From assembly GCA_019415985.1 (NCBI GenBank), contig DXYE01000055.1, positions 1 through 17,580 of the forward strand: a stretch of 17,580 nt of DNA, in the 5' to 3' direction. The notes below the pieces were generated by a model that was not told the DNA's origin, searched no databases, and saw only the letters and a program-made list of their open reading frames with translations. This DNA is from Clostridiales bacterium. GTDB lineage: Bacteria; Bacillota; Clostridia; Oscillospirales; CAG-272. A program made the position numbers and the translations under genes. Each line of letters begins with the position of its first letter. Position 1 is the stretch's first letter. This document shows, one piece after another, positions 7,734-15,172 of the stretch.

Positions 7734-8942
7734 ATGATAGAGATCATAGGAAAATACAACACCGCTAAGTGCTATACAAACGAGCTCGAAGATGGCGCCT
7801 GCGAGCAAATTAAGGCGATATGCAACGAAGAAGCGTTCGCAGCCTCCAAAATTAGAATTATGCCTGACGTACACGCCGGAAAGGGATGTACCATCGGCAC
7901 CACCATGACCATTGTTGATAAGGTGGTTCCCAATATGGTGGGCGTGGATATTGGTTGCGGCATGTATACTGTCAGCCTCGGAAAAGTCAATATCGACTTT
8001 GAAAAGTTTGACAGGGCGGCGCATTTTATTCCCTGCGGACGAAGTGTATGGGAGGGAAGACAGGAGAGATTTGATCTGACAGCTCTTCGCTGCTATCGAA
8101 ACCTCAAGGATACAAGAAGATTGGAAAGAAGTCTCGGAACTTTAGGCGGAGGAAACCACTTTATTGAGATTGATGCTGATACGGACGGAAACAAATATCT
8201 TATTCTTCACTCCGGAAGCCGGAACCTCGGTACGCAGGTGGCGGCGTACTATCAGGGCGTCGCTGTCGCTCTGAACCTTGGCAAAGAGGAGTATTTTCAG
8301 AAGAGAGACGATATCATCCGTACCTACAAAGAGGAGGGGCGCAGAAGTGAGATTCAGGCAGCCCTCAAGGCGTTATCGAACGAGTGGGAGGAAAAAGTGC
8401 CAACGATGCCCCGCGAGCTTTGTTACCTCTACGGCTCCTTTATGGAGGATTACCTCTATGATATCAACATCTGTCAGCAGTTTGCACGTCGCAATCGCGA
8501 AAAAATGGCGGAGATCTTACTCGAGAAGACAGAGCTTCCCTCGGGGCGCGCCTTCCATACGGTACATAACTATATTGACATGGAGGAGATGATCCTGCGC
8601 AAGGGGGCGGTTTCCGCAAAGGCAGGAGAGCAGCTTTTGATCCCCATCAACATGCGTGACGGAAGCCTGATCTGTATCGGCAGGGGAAACAGGGATTGGA
8701 ACAATTCCGCGCCACATGGTGCAGGTCGTCTGATGTCTCGCTCTATTGCCTTTGAAAGACTTACTCTGGAGGAGTACACGGCGCAAATGGCGGGTATCTA
8801 CTCGACCTGCGTGAATTCCTCTACCCTTGATGAGTCTCCTATGGCATACAAAAACATGGCCGAGATCGTGGAGAATATCGAGCCGACGGCCGAGATTATT
8901 GCCCACATAAAGCCTATTTACAATTTCAAAGCGGCAGAGTAA
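7734..8942 (+). CDS. rtcB: RNA-splicing ligase RtcB (3'-phosphate/5'-OH RNA ligase)
   Basis: Collinear with E. coli RtcB motifs: IMPDVHAGKGCTIGTT, VGVDIGCGM, LGTLGGGNHFIEID, LHSGSRNLG, HNYI, RKGAVSAKAG, SAPHGAGRLMSR and C-terminal SPMAYKNMAEIV. 402 aa. Confidence 0.9.
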   Translation: MIEIIGKYNTAKCYTNELEDGACEQIKAICNEEAFAASKIRIMPDVHAGKGCTIGTTMTIVDKVVPNMVGVDIGCGMYTVSLGKVNIDFEKFDRAAHFIPCGRSVWEGRQERFDLTALRCYRNLKDTRRLERSLGTLGGGNHFIEIDADTDGNKYLILHSGSRNLGTQVAAYYQGVAVALNLGKEEYFQKRDDIIRTYKEEGRRSEIQAALKALSNEWEEKVPTMPRELCYLYGSFMEDYLYDINICQQFARRNREKMAEILLEKTELPSGRAFHTVHNYIDMEEMILRKGAVSAKAGEQLLIPINMRDGSLICIGRGNRDWNNSAPHGAGRLMSRSIAFERLTLEEYTAQMAGIYSTCVNSSTLDESPMAYKNMAEIVENIEPTAEIIAHIKPIYNFKAAE

Positions 8943-8951
8943 AAAAACAGA

Positions 8952-8984
8952 AGCATTGCGCGGTACGGCAGTGCTTTTGTTTGT
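8952..8984 (+). terminator. Rho-independent terminator downstream of rtcB
   Basis: agcattgc-gcggtacg-gcagtgct (8 bp stem including one G-U) is followed by tttgtttgt. It begins 10 nt after the rtcB stop. Confidence 0.7.
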
Positions 8985-9215
8985 ATATGGACGATCATTT
9001 GACTGTCTTAAGTGTGTTGCGGTGAGGCAGGACTTGGGATATACCGAATGGGAAAAGGCCACGCTTAACGACGGAAGAGGCGTCGATATATTCCGGCATC
9101 GAATAAAACCCCCTGTCCGTGAGCATCCAAATGGAGAGAATTACGTATCCGGCTCAAAAATGCTTGTTGTGCGAATTCGCAGGGTTATACGGAGTTGTGT
9201 GCTTTACCGGATCCC

Positions 9216-9233
9216 CTGTCTGATGCCAGACAG
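9216..9233. repeat. Perfect inverted repeat / hairpin CTGTCTG-ATGC-CAGACAG
   Basis: 7 bp perfect stem with a 4 nt loop, inside an ORF-poor 670 nt region. No T-run follows. Confidence 0.5.
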
Positions 9234-9428
9234 TCATACAAGGCGCACAATACCCGGTATACATGTAAAATCAAGATCCTGAGCGGAAAAAATGAAGGAA
9301 TATGGAAAGCGTCCGTGATACCGGACCGGTCCCGCAATATAAGCTTTGCTGTTCGGCAGCGTTTTCCGCTGTTACAGGACGCATGGAATCCCTTTACGCA
9401 CTGTAAGAGCTATTTATTCAAAGAAATC

Positions 9429-9448
9429 GCGGACGCTCAGGCGTCCGC
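9429..9448. repeat. Perfect GC-rich inverted repeat / hairpin GCGGACGC-TCAG-GCGTCCGC
   Basis: 8 bp perfect stem with a 4 nt loop. No T-run. An adjacent 10 nt palindrome GGACCGGTCC lies at 9323-9332. Confidence 0.5.
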
Positions 9449-9662
9449 ACGGGATTTGCCGCCGACCGCTGTGGTATTGAAATACTCTTTCATCTATTCG
9501 CTTCATAACTGCTGCATTGCTGAAAGGTACAAAATGCCTGATAAATCCATATCCCGACCCATGAAATATGTACATTGTTATAAGGAAAGACTCTTTACAT
9601 TTTTTGGAATTTATGCTATACTTTTGTCAGTTAGTTGTATATAATGGAACGGAGGATGGCAA

Positions 9663-10517
9663 ATGACGAGATCTTTTGTAAAAATGCACGGCTGCGGTAA
9701 CGATTACATTTACTTTGATTGCCTTAAGGAGATGCTCGAATCACCGGAAAGCGCTGCAATTGCACTGTCAGACAGGCACTTCGGTATTGGCGGAGACGGT
9801 ATCGTCCTTATTTGTCCCTCCGACTGCGCAGATGTGAAAATGCGTATGTTCAATATCGATGGCTCTGAGGGAAAAATGTGCGGCAACGCTATTCGTTGCG
9901 TTGCAAAGTATGTATATGACAGCGGCATCGTACAGCGCAAAGCCATGACCGTTGAGACATTGTCCGGAATCAAAAAGCTGGAGGTCTTTATACCTCCGGA
10001 AGAAACCAAAGTCAGGACCGTACGGGTGGATATGGGACCGGCATCCTTTTTGCCGCAGTCGATCCCAGTAAAATTGGATGGGGAAGCCGTCATTGCAAGG
10101 CAGGTGACAGTCGGCGGCGAGCTACGGCAAATCACCTGCGTTTCCATGGGGAATCCCCACGCAGTGATCTTTCTGCATGAAGAAACCGATCTCGAATACT
10201 TTGATGTGAAGGGAATAGGGAGGTCTATTGAATTCGATCCGCTTTTTCCGGAAAGAGTAAATGTAGAATTCGTAAAAAAATTATCGGAAAATACATTTCA
10301 AATGCGGGTATGGGAGCGCGGAAGCGGAGAAACGTGGGCATGCGGAACCGGTGCATGCGCTGTGGCGGCAGCAGCGGTGAAGAACGGCCTGTGCCGGGAA
10401 GGTGAAGAAATCACGGTGAAACTGCGCGGCGGAGATCTGACGATTGTGTATGCACAAGACAAGGTGACCATGAGCGGAGGGGCCACTGAGGTTTTCCGCG
10501 GCTGTGTGGAGTTATAA
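9663..10517 (+). CDS. dapF: Diaminopimelate epimerase
   Basis: MHGCGNDYIYFD start. Catalytic cysteine motifs MCGNAIRCVAKY and WACGTGACAVAAAA. GNPHAVIF motif. 284 aa. GGAGG lies 7 nt upstream of the ATG. Confidence 0.93.
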   Translation: MTRSFVKMHGCGNDYIYFDCLKEMLESPESAAIALSDRHFGIGGDGIVLICPSDCADVKMRMFNIDGSEGKMCGNAIRCVAKYVYDSGIVQRKAMTVETLSGIKKLEVFIPPEETKVRTVRVDMGPASFLPQSIPVKLDGEAVIARQVTVGGELRQITCVSMGNPHAVIFLHEETDLEYFDVKGIGRSIEFDPLFPERVNVEFVKKLSENTFQMRVWERGSGETWACGTGACAVAAAAVKNGLCREGEEITVKLRGGDLTIVYAQDKVTMSGGATEVFRGCVEL

Positions 10518-10711
10518 TGCCATAGAAAGACATTAAATCGATTGACTGCAAAAAAATATTATGATATGGCTTGTTTTCTGTTTTAGAGATTTCAATTGTT
10601 TTTGCTGTCCGTGCGGTGGTGAAATGACACTTTTGTAAAATTCGTAAGAATAATTTTAACAGCAATAGCGATGCATCTATTGATTTTAAATGCAGAGAGG
10701 AATGAGAGCGC

Positions 10712-11905
10712 ATGAAACTTAACAAAAACTATTTAAAACTGAAAAGCAGCTATCTCTTTTCTGATATTGCGCAGAAGGTAGCCGCATACCGTGCAGAGCA
10801 TCCAGATCGGAAGATCATCAGCCTGGGAATCGGTGACGTGACACAGCCGCTGACGCCGGCAGTCATCGAGGCCATGCACAGAGCCGTCGGGGAAATGGCA
10901 CGAGCCGAAACATTCCGGGGATACGGTCCGGAACAGGGCTATGTGTTTCTGCGGGAAGCTATTCAAAGCTATTATACGGGATACGGTGTAAAACTCGGTC
11001 TTGATGAAATTTTTGTAAGCGATGGCGCCAAAAGCGATCTCGGAAACATTCTTGATCTGTTTTCAAAGGAAAATGTTGTGCTGATCCCCGATCCTGTATA
11101 TCCTGTCTATGTAGATACCAATATAATGGATGGCCGGAAAATTGTATATATGAAAGCGACGGCAGATAACGGCTGTCTGCCAATGCCGGATGAGTTGACA
11201 GACACGCATGCAGACATTATTTATTTATGCTCGCCCAACAATCCGACAGGAGCTGTCTATACACGGGACCAGCTTGCCAAATGGGTCTCTTATGCTATTG
11301 AACAAAATGCACTGATTCTCTTTGACGCTGCATATGAAGCGTTTATTTCCGATGAAAACTGTCCGCACAGTATATATGAAATAAACGGAGCCGAAAAATG
11401 TGCAATTGAATTTTGCTCTCTATCTAAATCTGCCGGATTTACGGGTACACGTTTGGGGTATACGGTTGTGCCGCATACGTTGGCGGAGGACGGCGGAATG
11501 TCTCTGAATAAAATGTGGCTGAGACGTCAGACAACTAAATTTAACGGTGTTTCCTATGTGGTTCAAAGAGCAGCAGAAGCACATTTTTCGCCGGAGGGAC
11601 AGAAGCAGTCGCAGAAGCTAGTTGGTTATTATAAAGAAAATGCAAAGATTTTGATGCAGGCGCTCGACAGTGCCGGTATTTCTTACACCGGCGGTAAAAA
11701 TTCTCCGTATTTATGGATGCGCTGCCCTTATGGAATGCAGTCATGGACGTATTTTGATAAGCTTCTTCACGAGGCTCAGGTTGTGGGAACGCCTGGTGCT
11801 GGATTCGGAGAACAGGGAGAAGGATATTTTCGGTTAACCGCATTCGGTAGCCGCGAAGACGCGCTTGAGGCATCTCAGAGAATCAAAAGCCTTACTGTTG
11901 GATAA
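10712..11905 (+). CDS. dapL: LL-diaminopimelate aminotransferase (DapL-type, PLP-dependent aminotransferase class I)
   Basis: N-terminus NKNYLKLKSSYLFSDIAQKVAAYRAEHPD is characteristic of DapL. The PLP-lysine region is SLSKSAGFTGTRLGY. 397 aa. It lies directly downstream of dapF. Confidence 0.85.
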   Translation: MKLNKNYLKLKSSYLFSDIAQKVAAYRAEHPDRKIISLGIGDVTQPLTPAVIEAMHRAVGEMARAETFRGYGPEQGYVFLREAIQSYYTGYGVKLGLDEIFVSDGAKSDLGNILDLFSKENVVLIPDPVYPVYVDTNIMDGRKIVYMKATADNGCLPMPDELTDTHADIIYLCSPNNPTGAVYTRDQLAKWVSYAIEQNALILFDAAYEAFISDENCPHSIYEINGAEKCAIEFCSLSKSAGFTGTRLGYTVVPHTLAEDGGMSLNKMWLRRQTTKFNGVSYVVQRAAEAHFSPEGQKQSQKLVGYYKENAKILMQALDSAGISYTGGKNSPYLWMRCPYGMQSWTYFDKLLHEAQVVGTPGAGFGEQGEGYFRLTAFGSREDALEASQRIKSLTVG

Positions 11906-11959
11906 CCGAGCTTGCTAGTCGAGGCTGTCTGATTCTTTAGACGATGTTATGGGAAATAC

Positions 11960-11993
11960 GGGCGAAAGTCATAAAGACCTTCGCCCTTTTTAT
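11960..11993 (+). terminator. Rho-independent terminator downstream of dapL
   Basis: gggcgaa-N13-ttcgccc (7 bp stem) is followed by tttttat. Confidence 0.75.
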
Positions 11994-12444
11994 TGTATAT
12001 ACGAAATAAAACGCAGAAATTTAAAAGACCGCTGCTCCGAAAAAGACAAACAAGTAAAACAAAACGATCATTTTAAAGTTATAACATTTATCGGGCGAGC
12101 ATATATAATAGAATAGTGGAAGTAAATATCTAAAGTGGAGAGAAAGACTCTAATAAAAAATATAAATAAATGAATTGAGCCATTTGAGGTCCTCAGCAGA
12201 TAAATTTTTGTATAAATAGACTGCATGTCAAGAGAAGATGGGATAGCGGGTTAAAAAAAGTTTAATGAGAATTTAGAGCAGATGACGTTAGTTGCTTCAG
12301 AGTTTTTATCCGTGATAGATGATAAATGGATACGATGCAGACTGATGAAAGAACTGAAACTACCGATGCTGGATCTATAAGTAGTTCATTGTCATACGAG
12401 GATATTGTCTTTCCAGGATTGAATTCATTAAAAGGAAAGGTGAG

Positions 12445-12780
12445 TTGGGCGCTAGTTCCGACGGTAAAGATATGAGTTGCTGTGTATGTATTAAAAAGCT
12501 CCGGGACAAGGAAGTCATAAATATCTGTGACGGAAAGAGACTGGGGTTTGTCGATGACGTCGAAATTGATGTAAGCTGCGGCCGCGTGGTATCTCTTGTT
12601 GTTTTTATGGACGATGGCAAATGCTTTTCTATTGGTAAAGGAGAGGAAGTTATGGTCCCATGGGACCGTATTGAAAGAATTGGCGACGATGTAATCCTTG
12701 TCAATATCAATGTGGAAGAGTGCAGAATCTGCGGCCGGGGAGAAGGCGAACGCGAGAAAAAAAAGAAAGGCTTTTTTTAA
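12445..12780 (+). CDS. YlmC/YmxH-family PRC-barrel protein (sporulation-associated family) with a Cys/Lys-rich C-terminal tail
   Basis: KEVINICDGKRLGFVDDVEIDVSCGRVVSLVV matches the conserved YlmC/YmxH core (E-[IV]-IN...G.[RK]LG.[IV].D). The start is either TTG 12445 (AGGAAAGG upstream) or ATG 12472. Confidence 0.55.
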   Translation: MGASSDGKDMSCCVCIKKLRDKEVINICDGKRLGFVDDVEIDVSCGRVVSLVVFMDDGKCFSIGKGEEVMVPWDRIERIGDDVILVNINVEECRICGRGEGEREKKKKGFF

Positions 12781-13008
12781 GCTGCATTATGAGTATCTAA
12801 ATTGAAAGCTTAATTGTATCGTTTACATATCGTTATCTGGGGACAATCGGTGCCGTTGTCTGACTCTGATGCGCCGGTTTTCCCGGATTTTATGCGTTGT
12901 AAAGTTAAGATTTGGCAGTCAATATTAATGTGAAAATAAAAGAAGCAGCAAGGACACTAAAGGTAACGGGATCTAAATGTAAAATAAATGTGAATAAACA
13001 TTGTTGTG

Positions 13009-13037
13009 TTGCGCATTTCCAATATTTATGCTATAAT
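13009..13037 (+). promoter_or_regulatory. Promoter with extended -10 (TTGCGC - 17 - TGcTATAAT) upstream of rpsB
   Basis: TG at 13029-13030 and TATAAT at 13032-13037. The -35-like TTGCGC lies at 13009-13014. A ~125 nt leader follows before rpsB. Confidence 0.45.
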
Positions 13038-13039
13038 AT

Positions 13040-13166
13040 ACCAGAATGCAATGTATTTGTTGCATGAAATATTACACACATAACGGAATGTAGCGGATGG
13101 TGCCGAGCGTTCGGTCTGCGCACAGAGAGCCGTTATGGTGGAACAACCAGAAGGAGGACATGCAAT
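13040..13166 (+). other. rpsB 5' leader (possible S2 autoregulatory structure)
   Basis: ~125 nt untranslated leader between the promoter and GGAGG-ATG. It contains the dyad gcatgaaa.../tgcaatg and ccgagcgttcgg elements. In other bacteria the rpsB leader is known to be autoregulated by protein S2; this was not modelled here. Confidence 0.25.
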
Positions 13167-13922
13167 ATGTCGATTATTACCATTAAACAGCTGCTTGAGG
13201 CTGGCGTTCATTTCGGACATCACACCAGAAGATGGAACCCTAAAATGGCAGAGTATATTTTTACGGAGAGAAACGGTATCTATATTATCGATTTGCAGAA
13301 GACTGTAAAAAAGTTTGAAGAAGCCTATATGTTTGTACGTGACATGGCTGCGGAAGGCGGAACTTTGCTTTTTGTAGGCACGAAAAAGCAGGCTGCAGAT
13401 GCTATTCGTGAGGAAGCGCAGCGCTGCGGAATGTATTTTGTAAACGTTAGATGGCCGGGCGGCATGATGACCAATTTTCAGACTATAAAGAAATCTATTG
13501 CACGCCTGAATAACCTCGAAAAAATGCGCGATGACGGAACATTTGATCTCCTGCCTAAAAAGGAAGCTGCGGCTTTGGTAAAAGAAATAAACGATCTTCA
13601 AAAGAACCTGGGCGGTATCAAGACGATGAGTACACTGCCGTCTGCCATCTTTATCGTAGATCCTAAAAAAGAAAAAAATGCTGTTGCTGAAGCGAAAAAG
13701 CTGGGCATACCTGTCATTGCTATTGTAGATACCAACTGTGACCCTGATGATGCGGATTATATCATTCCCGGTAATGATGACGCGATTCGCGCAATCAAAT
13801 TAATCTCGTCCGTTCTGGCTGATGCCGTTATCGAAGGACGTCAGGGCGAGCAAATGGAAGAGGCAGCGGAGGAAACTGAGGAGCAGACAGAGGCATCGGC
13901 TGAAGAGAATGCTGCCGAATAA
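13167..13922 (+). CDS. rpsB: 30S ribosomal protein S2
   Basis: [32 protein letters not shown]... is the canonical S2 N-terminus. It has an acidic C-terminal tail. 251 aa. Confidence 0.97.
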   Translation: MSIITIKQLLEAGVHFGHHTRRWNPKMAEYIFTERNGIYIIDLQKTVKKFEEAYMFVRDMAAEGGTLLFVGTKKQAADAIREEAQRCGMYFVNVRWPGGMMTNFQTIKKSIARLNNLEKMRDDGTFDLLPKKEAAALVKEINDLQKNLGGIKTMSTLPSAIFIVDPKKEKNAVAEAKKLGIPVIAIVDTNCDPDDADYIIPGNDDAIRAIKLISSVLADAVIEGRQGEQMEEAAEETEEQTEASAEENAAE

Positions 13923-14052
13923 CGCCGAATAACAAAGATTAAAATTGAAAATTTCTTACGGACGATTTATCATGATGAATCATTGCGTCCTAAAATGAAT
14001 CAAGAAAGGATTCCTGTCGGTTCCCGTTTGAAGACAGGAAGGTGAAAAGAAG

Positions 14053-14979
14053 ATGGCAAATATTTCGGCAAAAGATGTAGCAGCCCTTCGTGCAAAAACT
14101 GGCTGTGGCATGATGGAATGCAAAAAGGCGCTTGTGGAAGCTGACGGCAACATGGACGAAGCCGTAAAAGTCCTTCGTGAAAGAGGACTCGCGGTTGCAG
14201 CTAAAAAAGCCGACCGCATTGCCGCGGAAGGAATTGTCGATATCCTGGTGGAAAACGATGCAGCGGCAATCATAGAGGTCAACAGCGAAACAGACTTTGT
14301 TGCAAAAAATGACACCTTTAAGGCCTTTGTTAAGACGCTACTGGAAACCATTTTGAAAAACCGTCCCTCAGATGTTGAGGCCCTTATGGCCAGCAAGTAC
14401 GCTGACAGTGACATGACCGTAGAAGCAAAAATGAAGGATATGATTTTTACAATCGGTGAAAATATGAGTATTCGCCGCTTTGAAATTGTTGAAGGTATCC
14501 TCAGCTCTTATATTCACGGAAAAGGTTCTATCGGTGTTATCGTCACATTTGACGCCGATGAGAATGCAAAGCAGAATCCTGGCTTTGCAGAATTTTCAAA
14601 GAATATTGCATTGCAGGTAGCCGCACTCCCTGTACAATACCTCAATAAAGAGGCTGTTCCGGCGTCTGTGCTGGAGGATGAGAAGCAGATTCTGATGACA
14701 CAGATTAAGAACGACCCTTCCAACAGCAAGAAGCCTGAGCAGATTATTGAAAAAATGGTAAACGGACGAATTGGAAAATTTTATGAGCAGAATTGCCTCA
14801 TGGAACAGGGATATGTCAAGGATGATTCTTTAAAGGTAGGTCAATATGTTGAAAATACTGCTAAAGAGTTCGGCGGGAACATCAAGGTTACAGGCTTTAT
14901 AAGATATGAAAAAGGAGAAGGTCTCCAGAAAAGAGAAGAAAATTTCGGAGAAGAGATTGCTAAAATGATTCAGAAGTAA
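14053..14979 (+). CDS. tsf: Translation elongation factor Ts
   Basis: MANISAKDVAALRAKTGCGMMECKKALVEADGNMDEAVKVLRERG is the canonical EF-Ts UBA-like N-terminus. 308 aa. It lies immediately downstream of rpsB. Confidence 0.97.
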   Translation: MANISAKDVAALRAKTGCGMMECKKALVEADGNMDEAVKVLRERGLAVAAKKADRIAAEGIVDILVENDAAAIIEVNSETDFVAKNDTFKAFVKTLLETILKNRPSDVEALMASKYADSDMTVEAKMKDMIFTIGENMSIRRFEIVEGILSSYIHGKGSIGVIVTFDADENAKQNPGFAEFSKNIALQVAALPVQYLNKEAVPASVLEDEKQILMTQIKNDPSNSKKPEQIIEKMVNGRIGKFYEQNCLMEQGYVKDDSLKVGQYVENTAKEFGGNIKVTGFIRYEKGEGLQKREENFGEEIAKMIQK

Positions 14980-15013
14980 GAGTGGTTATTTAAGCATATT
15001 TGAACCGAAAAAG

Positions 15014-15056
15014 GAGTCTGAGACATGCATACGTGTTTCAGACTCTTTTGCTTCTG
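15014..15056 (+). terminator. Rho-independent terminator downstream of tsf
   Basis: gagtctgagaca-tgcatacg-tgtttcagactc (12 bp stem with one G-U) is followed by ttttgcttctg. Confidence 0.7.
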
Positions 15057-15172
15057 AAAAAACCACCGGATACTTCAGGATGAATGGGTACTTAAAAGAT
15101 GATCTGCGTATAAATATATATACACAAAAAATACGGATAAAATGAAGGTAAACAAGAGAAAGGAAATAAGGA

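Noticed and set aside
9060-9260. Lysine (L-box) riboswitch upstream of dapF/dapL (AGAGGCG..., TGGAGAG, AATAAAACCCC fragments)
   Set aside because: The fragments occur in the wrong order relative to the L-box architecture. No P1 closing strand or terminator was found. The element would lie ~400 nt from dapF, with a separate -10 box right at the dapF RBS.
8956-9644. Two overlapping '+' ORFs (108 and 149 aa) in the rtcB-dapF spacer
   Set aside because: Their composition is odd (R/C/H-rich), they overlap each other, they have no SD, and they span perfect hairpins. They are treated as non-coding.
3660-13037. Shared ATGCTATAAT decamer at 3662-3671 and 13028-13037 (also ATGCTATAC at 9613-9621) as a dispersed repeat
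   Set aside because: This is simply the extended -10 consensus (TGnTATAAT) with a common flanking A. It is not evidence of a repeat family.
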